The notes below the pieces were generated by a model. The model was not told the origin of the DNA. It did no database searches and saw only the letters and a list, made by a program, of their open reading frames with translations. A program made the position numbers and the translations under genes. This document shows, piece by piece, positions 27,852 through 38,827 of a stretch of DNA of 64,000 nt (the first letter of the stretch is position 1; every line of letters begins with the position of its first letter). Where the stretch lies: contig DASQPV010000016.1 in assembly GCA_035643775.1 (NCBI GenBank), forward strand, positions 90,529-154,528, read 5' to 3'. The DNA is from Candidatus Angelobacter sp. Lineage in GTDB: Bacteria; Bacteroidota; Bacteroidia; Flavobacteriales; Blattabacteriaceae.

Positions 27852-30122
27852 TTTTTCCCTAGCTATTTGAGCAGCTTTTACCATATTTTTTAGGGATTCA
27901 ATTGTTTCGGGCCATTTTCGGGTTTTTAGTCCACAATCTGGATTAACCCAAATTTTTTTCCAGGATAAAACCACAGAAGCTTTTTCAAGTAAGGAACACA
28001 TCTCCTCTATTGAAGGTATTCTAGAAGAATGAATATCATAAATACCTGGACCAATTTCATTGGGATATTTGAAATTATAAAAAGCCTTTAATAATTCCAT
28101 ATGAGAACGAGCGTTTTCTATGGAAATTACATCCACATCCATATTAGCAAGATATTCTAATATATCGTTAAATTCACTATAACACATATGAGTATGAATT
28201 TGCGTTTCATCTTTAACTACGTTAGAGGAAATATGAAAAGCTTGAATGGCCCAATCAAAATAATTTTCCCATTTTTCTTTTTTCAGGGGTAATCCTTCCC
28301 TTAAAGCTGGTTCATCAATTTGAATAATCTGTATTCCAGCTCTCTCTAAAGACTGTACTTCATCCCGTATTGCCCAAGCAATCTCTAAAGCTGTTAAAGA
28401 TCGGTTTTGATCATTTCGTACAAATGACCATTGCATAATGGTAACCGGACCTGTTAGAATTCCTTTTATAGGCTTTCTAGTTAGGCTTTTAGCAAAACTA
28501 GACCAATATACAGTTATATCGTTAGCCCGGCTAACATCTCCATAAATAATAGGAGGCTTAACACATCTACTTCCATAACTTTGAACCCATCCATTTTTTG
28601 TGGATAAGACCCCATTAAGTTGTTCTCCAAAATATTCCACCATATCGTTTCTCTCGAACTCTCCATGTACTAAAACATCTAATCCAATTTCCTCTTGGAT
28701 TTTTATAGACTTTTTGATGAACTTTTTAATGATTCCATTATACTCTTTTTGAGAAATAAGTTTATTTTTAAATTTATATCTAAGACTTCTTAGATCAGGC
28801 GTTTGAGGAAAAGATCCTATAGTTGTTGTTGGAAAATTCGGTAATAGAAGTTTTTTTTTCTGAATTTTCTTCCGTATTTTGAAAGAATTTTTACGTTTAA
28901 GATCCTTTTCCATTAGCTCCATCTTTACACGATCCTTAACACTTTTATTGTGAATAAATGCAGATTTCTTAGACCTTTCTTTTTTATTTATTTGAAGCAA
29001 ATTGGTTTCCCCTTTGATGATTCTATCAAGATCATTAAGTTCTTTAAGTTTTTGCTTGGCAAAAGCCATTCTTTCTTTAAGATCAGGATGAATTTTATAT
29101 TCAAAATCCAAATCCATAGGAACATGGATGAGAGAACAACTTGGAGCAAGCATTAAACGTTCTTCACCTAAAACCTCCTTTGCCTTTTTAATTTTTTTTA
29201 TTGATTCCGTATAATCATTCTTCCATATATTTCTTCCGTCGACTACGCCTAGTGAAAGAAAACAATTTTTAGGAAAAAATTTTAATATTACATCTAATTG
29301 ATTAGGATTTTGGATTAAATCAACATGAATAGCTTCTGTAGAAAGATTAAATGCTAAATCTATATTTAGATCAATACTTTCAAAATAAGTACTCAAAATA
29401 ATTTTTAATTCTGGAGCGTGTTTTTTGATTTCTTTGTAAGCATACAGAAAAGCTTTTTTATCTTTTTCTGTTAGATGAAAGGATAAAAAAGGTTCATCTA
29501 ATTGTATCCACTCTGCACCAAGATTTTTAAGATTATTTAAAACATCTATATATACTGTTATTATTCTTGAAATTAAGTCAATTCTATAAAAATTATCTTG
29601 TTTTTCCTTACCTAATAGGAGATAGGAAATAGGTCCAATTAAAACTGGTTTAGCTTTTTTACCTAAAATTTTTTTAGCTTGGATGAATTCATCAAAAATT
29701 TTTTTCGAAAATAGGAAAAAAGTCTGAGAAAACGAAAACTCCGGAACGATGTAATGATAATTGCTATCAAACCACTTTGTCATTTCCATAGCAGAGATAT
29801 CTCGTTTATTTTTTTGATATCCTCTTGCCATTGTAAAGTATAAGTCTATAGGTTCGACCTCAGATAGTAATGAAAAATATCTCTGGGGAATTGCTCCGAG
29901 CAGAAAAGACATATCTAGTACATGATCATAAAAGCTAAAATCATTACACGGAATAAGGTCTAATCCAGCGTCTTTTTGTATCTCCCAATTTTTTTGACGA
30001 AGTTTTTTGGAAAAATCCAAAAAATGTTTATTACAGATACTTCCAGCCCAATATTTTTCACAATTTTTTTTAAACTCTCTATGTACCCCTATTCTTGGAT
30101 AGCCCAGATTATGTTTTAACAT
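27840..30122 (-). CDS. metE: cobalamin-independent methionine synthase
   Basis: 760 aa. Start MLKHNLGYPRIG, two Meth_synt domains, zinc-ligand region HTHMCYSEF and NPDCGLKTR. Confidence 0.95.
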   Translation of the reverse strand: MLKHNLGYPRIGVHREFKKNCEKYWAGSICNKHFLDFSKKLRQKNWEIQKDAGLDLIPCNDFSFYDHVLDMSFLLGAIPQRYFSLLSEVEPIDLYFTMARGYQKNKRDISAMEMTKWFDSNYHYIVPEFSFSQTFFLFSKKIFDEFIQAKKILGKKAKPVLIGPISYLLLGKEKQDNFYRIDLISRIITVYIDVLNNLKNLGAEWIQLDEPFLSFHLTEKDKKAFLYAYKEIKKHAPELKIILSTYFESIDLNIDLAFNLSTEAIHVDLIQNPNQLDVILKFFPKNCFLSLGVVDGRNIWKNDYTESIKKIKKAKEVLGEERLMLAPSCSLIHVPMDLDFEYKIHPDLKERMAFAKQKLKELNDLDRIIKGETNLLQINKKERSKKSAFIHNKSVKDRVKMELMEKDLKRKNSFKIRKKIQKKKLLLPNFPTTTIGSFPQTPDLRSLRYKFKNKLISQKEYNGIIKKFIKKSIKIQEEIGLDVLVHGEFERNDMVEYFGEQLNGVLSTKNGWVQSYGSRCVKPPIIYGDVSRANDITVYWSSFAKSLTRKPIKGILTGPVTIMQWSFVRNDQNRSLTALEIAWAIRDEVQSLERAGIQIIQIDEPALREGLPLKKEKWENYFDWAIQAFHISSNVVKDETQIHTHMCYSEFNDILEYLANMDVDVISIENARSHMELLKAFYNFKYPNEIGPGIYDIHSSRIPSIEEMCSLLEKASVVLSWKKIWVNPDCGLKTRKWPETIESLKNMVKAAQIAREKLNM

Positions 30123-30131
30123 TATTGTTTT

Positions 30132-31700
30132 ATGCTAAAAGATCATTTGATTGTAGGATCCATTTTTATTGGATTAATCGTCACTATTTTTCTCTATTTT
30201 AATCCTATTCTTCAGGAAAAGAAGAAGAGCCTATATAAGAAAAGGGATAGGGAAATTGTTTTTTACAAACTTTTTTGGAAAAAAGATCCTTCTTCTATTA
30301 ATAGAAAAACAATTTTGGAAAATGATGTATTGAAAATAGAAGTTTCTAATATAGGGGTAAAAATTTACTGTATTGAGTTAAAAAAATTTAAATATGACAA
30401 AAAGCATTTAATGCTTTCAAAGGAAAAAAGTTTTCTTTTTGATTTATACATAAGTTTGTTATCGAAAAAAGAATCTACAATTAATACTTGTTACTTGAAT
30501 TTTACCCCAAAACTAAAAGAGGAGAGAGACTATTTACAGCTAAGTTTTAAGTCAAATGTCCTTGAATATGTTTATATATTTAGGAAAAAAATTCATTATG
30601 GAATAGATCTCTATATGAGAAGCAAAGGTAAAATAAAGCACGTTGATATTAATTGGAGGCAAAAACTTTTTAACCTTGAAAATGAGGAAAACCCATCTAC
30701 TAAAATATTCTACTCTTTTGGACTTAAAAAAAGAAAAATTTATTTTTTTAGGGGTTATAGAAAAAAGTGTCTACCCTATGCTAATTGGTTTGCTTTCAAA
30801 CAAAAATTTTTCGCATCTATTTTATCTACTAAAAAAACTTTAAAAAAGATTCATATAGAATCCCAATCTTTAAAGAAAAAGTCTTTTTTAAAATATTTTT
30901 GCATAAAATCTACCTTAGATTCAAAAGAAAACGAAATTAATTTTTCCGCAATGTTGTATTTTAGTCCACTTGACTTTAATTTTCTGAAACACATAGGGGG
31001 GAATCTTGAAAAGATCATTCCTTTTGGATGTGGAATATTAAAGTGTATAAATAAATATTTTTTCTTATCAATTTTTAAAATTTTAGAGAATGCACCCATC
31101 AATTATGGTTTAATTATTATTTTAATTACCTTATTGATGAAGGTAGTTCTTTTCCCAATTATTTACAAGCAGTATAAATTCAATTTAATAATGAATATCA
31201 TCCAAACAGAATTAGATCAGAACTCTTTAAAGAAACAGCAGGATATTTACAGAGAAATTGGCATTAGTCCAATTTCAGGGGTTATTTCTTCTTTTCTACA
31301 ACTTACCATTTTTTATTCTCTATTGATATTTTTTCCCAATCTTCTGAATCTAAGAGGAAAAAGTTTTCTATGGGTAGAAGACTTAACCTATTATGATTCT
31401 ATTTTAGAACTACCTTTTAGAATACCAGTGTATGGAAATCATGTGAGTTTCCTTACTTTTATATCCGCTTTGGTTTTTTTTGTATATACTTATTACTCAA
31501 ATATATCCAGGACAGACTTTATAACATATTATGGATTATATATTTTGATGTTATTATTCATAAACAACTCTGCTTCTGCTCTTTCCTTATATTACATAAT
31601 GGCTAATATAATTAATATATTTTTTTTATTTTTCATTAAGCATTTTATTTTTTTGGACGAAAATAAAATTAGGAAAAAAATTAATCTAAAAATTTTTTAA
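30132..31700 (+). CDS. yidC: membrane protein insertase YidC
   Basis: 522 aa. N-terminal TM segment, large periplasmic region, and C-terminal 60-kDa IMP domain (NYGLIIILITLLMKVVLFPI). Confidence 0.85.
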   Translation: MLKDHLIVGSIFIGLIVTIFLYFNPILQEKKKSLYKKRDREIVFYKLFWKKDPSSINRKTILENDVLKIEVSNIGVKIYCIELKKFKYDKKHLMLSKEKSFLFDLYISLLSKKESTINTCYLNFTPKLKEERDYLQLSFKSNVLEYVYIFRKKIHYGIDLYMRSKGKIKHVDINWRQKLFNLENEENPSTKIFYSFGLKKRKIYFFRGYRKKCLPYANWFAFKQKFFASILSTKKTLKKIHIESQSLKKKSFLKYFCIKSTLDSKENEINFSAMLYFSPLDFNFLKHIGGNLEKIIPFGCGILKCINKYFFLSIFKILENAPINYGLIIILITLLMKVVLFPIIYKQYKFNLIMNIIQTELDQNSLKKQQDIYREIGISPISGVISSFLQLTIFYSLLIFFPNLLNLRGKSFLWVEDLTYYDSILELPFRIPVYGNHVSFLTFISALVFFVYTYYSNISRTDFITYYGLYILMLLFINNSASALSLYYIMANIINIFFLFFIKHFIFLDENKIRKKINLKIF

Positions 31701-31755
31701 TTTATTACACTACTTTTTTTTTTCTAGATTATTCATTAAAAAAAAAATTTAAAGT

Positions 31756-33642
31756 ATGGAAAAAAAATCTAAAAATAATATATTTTGTATATACGCAATT
31801 ATCCTATTTTTTTTAATAGGAGTATTTGTTTACTACAAATCTTCCTTCTCTAAGATTAGAAGGATCGATCAGGATAAGTTTTTTCAAATACTATCTTTGG
31901 GAAAAATTGAAAAAGTTACTGTTCATCGTAAAGAAATAGTTGATGTATTCCTAAAAAAAAGGAAGATTTCTAATGATAAAAAAAATGGATGTTTTTTTTC
32001 AAAAAAACTAAAAAACATTATAAGTTTTCCAAAATATGAATTTGAAATTGGAGATCTTCAATTCTTTCAAAATAAATTCGAGGAATATAGAAGAATATAT
32101 CAACTTAATACAATTATTGATTTCAAAAACAATCAGGAATGGCCTATAATAAGGGTTATTTTAGATTATAGCTTTTTTATTGTATTATTTATTTCCCTTT
32201 GTATTTTCGCAGCTAGAAGAATTATTCCAGGAGGAGGAGGACATATTTTTAATATTGGAAAATCTAAAATACACTCATTTGAGTATACAAAAATTAAGTT
32301 TGATGATGTTGCCGGAATGGAAGGTGCGAAGGAAGAAGTTAAGGAAATTGTTCAATTTTTAAAATATCCTCAAAAATATACTAGACTTGGAGGAAAAGTT
32401 CCACGTGGTGCTTTATTAATAGGACCACCTGGTTCCGGTAAAACTTTATTAGCAAAGGCAGTAGCAGGTGAAGCAAAAGTCCCTTTTTTTCCATTAGCCG
32501 GTTCTGAATTTGTGGAAATGTTTGTTGGTGTAGGAGCTTCAAGAGTAAGGGATATTTTTGACCGAGCGAAAATGAAATCTCCATCAATTATTTTCATTGA
32601 TGAAATTGATGCAATAGGTAGAGCTCGAGGAAGGTCTAGTATCAATGGTTCTAATGACGAAAGAGAAAATACCCTAAATCAATTACTTACTGAAATGGAT
32701 GGTTTTGATACAAATACAAACGTAATAGTAATAGCAGCTACAAATTGTGCGGAAATATTAGATAGAGCTTTGCTTCGTCCGGGTCGATTCGATAGAACTA
32801 TTATAATAGACCTACCAGAACTAAACGAACGTAAAGAAATATTTAAAGTACATCTGAAAAAGATTGTTTTTTCTGAAAATATAAATATTGATTTGTTAGC
32901 ACAACAAACTCCTGGATTTAGTGGAGCTGATATTTCTAATATTTGTAATGAAGCAGCTCTAATAGCTACCAGAAAAAACAAAGAAAGTGTAGAAAATCAA
33001 GATTTTCTTGATGCAATCGATCGTATTATTGGGGGACTGGAAAAAAAAGGTAAAATAATTACGACAAATGAAAAAAAAAGAATTGCTTATCATGAGGCCG
33101 GGCATGCTGTCGTAAGTTGGTTGCTTCAACATGCTGCTCCATTAGTTAAAGTTACTCTAGTTCCTAGAGGTAAATCACTGGGATCTGCTTGGTATCTTCC
33201 AGATGATAGAAAAATTATTACTAGAGAACAAATGAAAGATGAAATATGTGCTCTTTTAGGAGGTAGAGCTGCCGAAGAAAATATTTTCAATGATATTTCG
33301 ACTGGAGCTTTGAATGATTTAGAGCGTATAACAAAACAAGCCCAATCTATGGTTTCTATGTTTGGGTTAAACGACCGGATTGGAAATATTTCGTATTCCA
33401 GTCTTCAAAATGGTGTTGAGTATGTTTTTGTAAAACCTTATAGTGAAAAAACTGCTCAAATTATAGATGAAGAAGTATCAAAACTTATAAATACTCAGTA
33501 TCAAAGAGCTAAATCTATACTTAATAAAAATAAGGAAAAATTGGATCTATTAGCAGATAGGCTTTTAGAGCAAGAAGTAATTTTCAAAGAAAATTTAGAA
33601 GAACTATTCGGTAAAAGACCCCAGAGTTGGGGCACCACGTAA
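31756..33642 (+). CDS. ftsH: ATP-dependent zinc metalloprotease FtsH
   Basis: 628 aa. Walker A GPPGSGKTLLAKA, SRH region, zinc motif HEAGHAV. Confidence 0.97.
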   Translation: MEKKSKNNIFCIYAIILFFLIGVFVYYKSSFSKIRRIDQDKFFQILSLGKIEKVTVHRKEIVDVFLKKRKISNDKKNGCFFSKKLKNIISFPKYEFEIGDLQFFQNKFEEYRRIYQLNTIIDFKNNQEWPIIRVILDYSFFIVLFISLCIFAARRIIPGGGGHIFNIGKSKIHSFEYTKIKFDDVAGMEGAKEEVKEIVQFLKYPQKYTRLGGKVPRGALLIGPPGSGKTLLAKAVAGEAKVPFFPLAGSEFVEMFVGVGASRVRDIFDRAKMKSPSIIFIDEIDAIGRARGRSSINGSNDERENTLNQLLTEMDGFDTNTNVIVIAATNCAEILDRALLRPGRFDRTIIIDLPELNERKEIFKVHLKKIVFSENINIDLLAQQTPGFSGADISNICNEAALIATRKNKESVENQDFLDAIDRIIGGLEKKGKIITTNEKKRIAYHEAGHAVVSWLLQHAAPLVKVTLVPRGKSLGSAWYLPDDRKIITREQMKDEICALLGGRAAEENIFNDISTGALNDLERITKQAQSMVSMFGLNDRIGNISYSSLQNGVEYVFVKPYSEKTAQIIDEEVSKLINTQYQRAKSILNKNKEKLDLLADRLLEQEVIFKENLEELFGKRPQSWGTT

Positions 33643-33663
33643 TGTGATTTAATTACGTGGTGC
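33632..33663. terminator. 12-bp perfect inverted repeat (GCACCACGTAAT / ATTACGTGGTGC, 8-nt loop) between convergent ftsH and dnaK; candidate bidirectional terminator
   Basis: Direct reading. The 5' arm contains the ftsH stop codon (33640-33642) and the 3' arm ends 7 nt before the dnaK stop. No classical U-tract was assessed beyond the AT-rich flanks. Confidence 0.5.
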
Positions 33664-33669
33664 AATTAA

Positions 33670-35565
33670 TTATTTTACTTCTTCGAAGTCTACATCTTGA
33701 ACCTCTGATTTTTTGTTTTTGGAGGTTTGTTCTGTTTTCTTTTCTGTGTTTTCAGTATTTTTCTGATTATAAAGGTCCTTATAAAAAACAGAACAAACAT
33801 CGTTAACTTCTTTCATAGAAACTTCTATTTCCCCAATTTTTTTCTCTTTATGAGCCTTCTTTAGCTTTTTTAATGCATTCTCCACTTTTTCTTTACTTTC
33901 TTTAGATAATTTTTCTCCATATTCTTTTAGATTCTTTTCAGTTTGAAAGATTAAGTTATCTGATGCATTTAATTTTTCAATTTCTTCTTTAGTTTTTTGA
34001 TCCTTAGCTGCATTATCTTCAGCTTCTTTCTTCATTCTTTCAATTTCTTCCGAACTTAATCCTGTAGAAGCTTCAATTCGTATGGATTGCTTTTTGTTGG
34101 TACTTTTATCTCTAGCTGAAACGTTTAAAATACCATTAGCATCTATATCAAAAGTTACCTCAATTTGAGGAATACCCCTTTGAGCTGGAGGAATATCTAT
34201 CAAATCAAAACGACCTATCTCTTTATTATCTTTAAAGAGTGTACGTTCTCCTTGTCCTACGCGAATAGTAACAGCTGGTTGATTATCTGATGCAGTAGAA
34301 AAAACTTCTGATTTTTTTGTTGGAATTGTAGTATTGCTTTCAATTAGTTTTGTAAATACTCCTCCGAGTGTTTCTATACCTAATGATAGGGGTGTAACAT
34401 CTAACAAAAGAACATCTTTCACATCACCTGAAAGAACTCCTCCTTGAATTGCTGCGCCAATAGCGACTACTTCATCCGGATTAACTCCCTTTGAAGATTT
34501 TTTACCAAAAAAAATCTCCACTTCTTTTTGAACCTTGGGAATTCGTGTAGATCCACCGACTAGAATAACCTCGTCAATATCTCGATAGCTCAAACCAGTA
34601 CTTTCTAATGCTTTTTTGCAAGGATCAATGGATCGTTGAATTAAACGTTCCGATAATTGTTCAAATTGAGAACGTGAAAGACTCATTACTAAATGCTTAG
34701 GTCCTGAATCAGTAGCTGTTATATACGGCAAGTTTATTTCCGTTTTAGCTCCCGAAGAAAGCTCAATCTTAGCTTTTTCTGCAGCCTCTTTTAATCGTTG
34801 TAAAGCCATCGGATCCTTTCTAAGATCTATTCCCTCATTCAAGATGAATTCCTCTGCTAGAAGATCAATTATAATTTGATCAAAGTCATCTCCCCCTAAA
34901 TAGCTATCTCCATTTGTTGATAAAACCTCGAAAACACCATCCCCAAGTTCTAGAATAGATATATCAAAAGTTCCTCCTCCAAGATCATATACAGCAATTT
35001 TTTTATTTTCTTTGCTCTTATCTAATCCATAAGCTAGGGCTGCAGAAGTTGGTTCATTAATGATTCTTTCTACTTTTAATCCAGAAATTTCTCCAGCTTC
35101 TTTAGTTGCTTGACGCTGTGAATCATTGAAGTATGCAGGAACAGTTATTACTGCACGACTAATTTCTTGTCCAAGATAATCTTCAGCAGTCTTTTTCATT
35201 TTCTGAAGAATCATTGCTGATATTTCTTGAGGAGAATATAATCTCCCATTTATGTCCACTCTTGGAATATTATTTTCCCCTTTAACCAATTTATAAGGAA
35301 TATGGGTTCCCTCCTCTGATATTTCAGAAAATTTTCTTCCCATAAAACGTTTAATGGAGAAAATAGTTTTTTCAGGGTTTGTGACAGCTTGTCTTTTAGC
35401 TGGATCTCCGATTTTCCTTTCCCCTCCATCTACAAAGGCTACAATGGAAGGAGTAGTTCTTTTTCCTTCTGAATTTGGTATAACGACGGGATCATTTCCT
35501 TCCATTACTGCAACACAAGAATTTGTCGTACCTAAATCTATGCCTATTATTTTACTCATACTCAT
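33670..35565 (-). CDS. dnaK: molecular chaperone DnaK (Hsp70)
   Basis: 631 aa. Motifs [34 protein letters not shown]. Confidence 0.98.
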   Translation of the reverse strand: MSMSKIIGIDLGTTNSCVAVMEGNDPVVIPNSEGKRTTPSIVAFVDGGERKIGDPAKRQAVTNPEKTIFSIKRFMGRKFSEISEEGTHIPYKLVKGENNIPRVDINGRLYSPQEISAMILQKMKKTAEDYLGQEISRAVITVPAYFNDSQRQATKEAGEISGLKVERIINEPTSAALAYGLDKSKENKKIAVYDLGGGTFDISILELGDGVFEVLSTNGDSYLGGDDFDQIIIDLLAEEFILNEGIDLRKDPMALQRLKEAAEKAKIELSSGAKTEINLPYITATDSGPKHLVMSLSRSQFEQLSERLIQRSIDPCKKALESTGLSYRDIDEVILVGGSTRIPKVQKEVEIFFGKKSSKGVNPDEVVAIGAAIQGGVLSGDVKDVLLLDVTPLSLGIETLGGVFTKLIESNTTIPTKKSEVFSTASDNQPAVTIRVGQGERTLFKDNKEIGRFDLIDIPPAQRGIPQIEVTFDIDANGILNVSARDKSTNKKQSIRIEASTGLSSEEIERMKKEAEDNAAKDQKTKEEIEKLNASDNLIFQTEKNLKEYGEKLSKESKEKVENALKKLKKAHKEKKIGEIEVSMKEVNDVCSVFYKDLYNQKNTENTEKKTEQTSKNKKSEVQDVDFEEVK

Positions 35566-35602
35566 TTTTTTTTATATGAACTTATATTATTTAATTAAAA
35601 AT

Positions 35603-36055
35603 ATGAAAACGTTAAATTTTAGAACTATTCTGGAAAGTAAAATTTCTAAAAAAGAAATTGTAGTACTTGATGCAAATGGACTGAGGCTAGGGCGTCTAGC
35701 ATCTAAGATAATAAAAATGATTAGAGGAAAACATAAAACTAATTACACCCCAAATTTAAATAACGGGTATAGTGTGATGGTTATTAATTCCAATAAGATT
35801 TACTTAAGTGGAAATAAATGGAAAAAAAAATGTTACATACGTTATACAGGATATCCTGGTGGAAAAAAAACGGAACCCGCAAAATTTATATTTGAGAGAA
35901 ATTCTAAAATTTTAATAGAAAGAGCTGTAAAAGGAATGCTACCAAAAGGTAAATTAGGAAGAGAAATTCTAAGGAAAAACCTTTTTGTTTTTCCAGGTGA
36001 AAAACATAAATTTGCTTCGCAATATCCTAAAATTTTGAATTTAAAAGACATTTAA
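35603..36055 (+). CDS. rplM: 50S ribosomal protein L13
   Basis: The track ORF 35354..36055 begins antisense inside dnaK. The real start is the internal ATG at 35603 (MKTLNFRTILESKISKKEIVVLDANGLRLGRLAS). Confidence 0.92.
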   Translation: MKTLNFRTILESKISKKEIVVLDANGLRLGRLASKIIKMIRGKHKTNYTPNLNNGYSVMVINSNKIYLSGNKWKKKCYIRYTGYPGGKKTEPAKFIFERNSKILIERAVKGMLPKGKLGREILRKNLFVFPGEKHKFASQYPKILNLKDI

Positions 36056-36058
36056 TTA

Positions 36059-36445
36059 ATGAGTCTACATCACTCCATAGGAAGAAGAAAATGTGCAATT
36101 GCCCGTGTGTATTTAAAAGAAGGAAAGGGTAAAATGAAAGTTAACGGAAGAAATTATAAAGAGTATTTCAGTAATTATATTTTTCTGGAGAAGCTTTTAA
36201 AAGCTTTTTATTTTACAGAAAAACTGGAAAAATTTGAGGTTAGGATTAATGTTTCTGGCGGAGGAATAAATGGGCAAGCTGAAGCATGCAGATTGGCTCT
36301 TTCTAGGGCTCTTTGTTTGATCAATCCCAAAAATAGGAGTATTTTAAAATCACATGGATTTTTATCTAGTGATTCCAGAAAAGTAGAACGCAAAAAATTT
36401 GGACAAAAGAAGGCAAGAAAAAAATTTCAATTTACCAAGCGGTAA
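36059..36445 (+). CDS. rpsI: 30S ribosomal protein S9
   Basis: 128 aa. Contains GRRKCAIARVYLKEG and GGGINGQAEA, and ends KKFQFTKR. Confidence 0.95.
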   Translation: MSLHHSIGRRKCAIARVYLKEGKGKMKVNGRNYKEYFSNYIFLEKLLKAFYFTEKLEKFEVRINVSGGGINGQAEACRLALSRALCLINPKNRSILKSHGFLSSDSRKVERKKFGQKKARKKFQFTKR

Positions 36446-36467
36446 GATAAATAAAATTTACAAGAAA

Positions 36468-37202
36468 ATGCAAATAAAAAATGCTAAAATTCAACAAGAG
36501 TTTTTAAAGGCTGGGGTTCATTTTGGCCATTTAACTAGAAAATGGAATCCTAAAATAGAGCCTTATATTCTAATGAAAAAAAAGGGAATTCATCTGATAA
36601 ATTTATCTAAGACAATTAAAAAGCTTGAAGAAGCTTGCAATTCTTTAAGGACTATTGCTTCTTTAGGTCAAAAAATTTTATTCGTATGTACGAAAAAACA
36701 GGGTAAATATGTTATTGAGGATTTTGCCCGCACAGTAAATATGCCTTATGTTACGGAACGTTGGATTGCAGGTCTTCTTACGAATTTTTCAACTATTCGA
36801 AAATCGATAAAAAATATGGATGATATGGAAAACAAGAAAAAGGAAGGAATTTACGATATGCTCTCAAAAAAAGAACGACTATTTGCAGATAGAATTCAGG
36901 AAAAACTTAAACGAAATCTAAGTTCCATATCTAATCTTAACCAGATACCTTCTGCTCTTTTTATCGTAGATATTTGCAAAGAACATATAGCTTTATCAGA
37001 AGCTAAAAAGCTTAAAATACCTGTATTCGCTATGGTAGATACCAATTCTGATCCAACAAAGGTTGATTATCCTATACCATCTAACGATGATTCCTCTAAA
37101 TCTATAAGAGTAATTGCATCCTATATTTCAAAATCTATTTTGGAGGGATTTAATTTAAGAAAAACAGAAAATGAGGAAAATCTGTATGATTTTGATCTTT
37201 AA
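36468..37202 (+). CDS. rpsB: 30S ribosomal protein S2
   Basis: Internal ATG of track ORF 36399..37202. Contains FLKAGVHFGHLTRKWNPK. Confidence 0.93.
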   Translation: MQIKNAKIQQEFLKAGVHFGHLTRKWNPKIEPYILMKKKGIHLINLSKTIKKLEEACNSLRTIASLGQKILFVCTKKQGKYVIEDFARTVNMPYVTERWIAGLLTNFSTIRKSIKNMDDMENKKKEGIYDMLSKKERLFADRIQEKLKRNLSSISNLNQIPSALFIVDICKEHIALSEAKKLKIPVFAMVDTNSDPTKVDYPIPSNDDSSKSIRVIASYISKSILEGFNLRKTENEENLYDFDL

Positions 37203-37207
37203 AAAAA

Positions 37208-37963
37208 ATGTATCAAGTAAAAATTTCACAAATTAAAGAGCTTAGAAAAAACACAGGAGCTGGAATGATGGATTGCAAAATGGCACTTCAGGAATCTTTG
37301 GGAGACTTAGAAAAAGCCATTGGAATACTTAGAAAAAAAGGTAAAAGGATTATTAAAGAACGTTTACATATAGGAACTAACGAAGGAATCTTAACAGCTA
37401 AGGTAAATTCGGAACATAATTTAGGAATCATTATTGCATTAAACAGTGAGACTGATTTTGTTGCTAGAAACGAGAATTTCGTTAAATTATCTACGAAAAT
37501 AGTGGAGAAATCTTTCTTTGTTAAAACAAAAGAAGAGTTATTGAATAGTTTTTATTCAGAAAACTTGACATTTCAAGAAAAAATTGTAGAGCAAGCTGGT
37601 TTTTTCGGAGAAAAAATAGTATTAAGCCATTTTCAAAAAGTACAAGCTTCTTTTGTTAATTCTTACGTACACACAGGAAATAGAATAGCAGCATTGGTTG
37701 GTTTTTCTCATGCTTTTACGGGTATAAAGGAAGTATCTAAAAATATAGCAATGCAAATAGCATCTATGAATCCTTCTTCTTTAGACCCAATTATAGAAGA
37801 AAAATCAGGAAAAAGAAGAATTATTGATGGAAAGTTAATTAACTTATTTTCTGAAGTTACTTTATTGAATCAATCTTATATTCTGGATAGAAAAATAAAA
37901 GTAAGAGAGTATTTGAAAAGTTTTGATCTAAAAATTGTAGATTTTATAAGGGTTAGTTTATGA
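37208..37963 (+). CDS. tsf: translation elongation factor Ts
   Basis: 251 aa. UBA-like N-terminus IKELRKNTGAGMMDCKMAL. Follows rpsB, as is usual. Confidence 0.92.
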   Translation: MYQVKISQIKELRKNTGAGMMDCKMALQESLGDLEKAIGILRKKGKRIIKERLHIGTNEGILTAKVNSEHNLGIIIALNSETDFVARNENFVKLSTKIVEKSFFVKTKEELLNSFYSENLTFQEKIVEQAGFFGEKIVLSHFQKVQASFVNSYVHTGNRIAALVGFSHAFTGIKEVSKNIAMQIASMNPSSLDPIIEEKSGKRRIIDGKLINLFSEVTLLNQSYILDRKIKVREYLKSFDLKIVDFIRVSL

Positions 37964-37978
37964 ATTAAAGCGCTTAGA

Positions 37979-38827
37979 ATGATGATTCATCTTAAAGAAA
38001 AAGAGGAAATTATTTTGATTCGTAAAAGTGCGATTCTTGCTTCTAAAACACTCGGTATGATCTCATCTGAGATAAAACCAGGAATTAATACACTTTATTT
38101 AGATCGTTTAGCAAGAGAGTTTATTCAGGATTATGGTGGTATTCCAGCTTTCTTAGGTCTTTACGGATTTTCTCATACAATTTGTGTATCTCCCAACGAG
38201 CAAGTTGTACATGGAATCCCTAATAATAAGCCGTTACTTAATGGAGACATTATTTCTATTGATTGCGGAGTTTTTATGAACAATTTTTATAGTGATCAAG
38301 CTTACACTTTCGAAGTGGGAGAAGTCTCTTTTAAAGCCAAAAGGTTATTAAAAATAACTAAAGAATCTTTATACCTAGGCATAAAATCTTGTATAAAAGG
38401 AAATTTTATTGGAGATATTGGATATGCTATTCAAAATTACGTTGAGAACAATGGATTTACAGTAGTAAAAGAATTCACAGGGCATGGATTAGGCAGAAAA
38501 ATACATGAGCCCCCTTTAGTTCCTAATTATGGAAAAATTGGTAAAGGAAATAAATTAAATGATGGGCTTGTTCTAGCCATAGAACCTATGGTTAACGAAG
38601 GAACTAATAAAATAAAATTTCATACAGATAGATGGACAGTTTCCACTCTAGACAAAAAACTATCTGCACATTTTGAACATAACGTTGCTATAATTGACGG
38701 TTTTCCTAGATTGCTTTCCACTTTTAAATATATTTATGAAGTTTTGAACATTGAATCTTCAGAAGAAGAAATTTTTGCTTACAATAATGCCAACAATACA
38801 ACAACTCATAAGAAAGGGGAGGAATAA
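37979..38827 (+). CDS. map: type I methionine aminopeptidase
   Basis: 282 aa. Metal-ligand contexts [31 protein letters not shown]. The C-terminal tail runs 41 nt into rpsL. Confidence 0.92.
   Translation: MMIHLKEKEEIILIRKSAILASKTLGMISSEIKPGINTLYLDRLAREFIQDYGGIPAFLGLYGFSHTICVSPNEQVVHGIPNNKPLLNGDIISIDCGVFMNNFYSDQAYTFEVGEVSFKAKRLLKITKESLYLGIKSCIKGNFIGDIGYAIQNYVENNGFTVVKEFTGHGLGRKIHEPPLVPNYGKIGKGNKLNDGLVLAIEPMVNEGTNKIKFHTDRWTVSTLDKKLSAHFEHNVAIIDGFPRLLSTFKYIYEVLNIESSEEEIFAYNNANNTTTHKKGEE

Noticed and set aside
35354-35602. N-terminal 83 codons of track ORF 35354..36055
   Set aside because: This part is antisense to dnaK. The L13 homology starts at the internal ATG at 35603, so the extension is an ORF-calling artefact.
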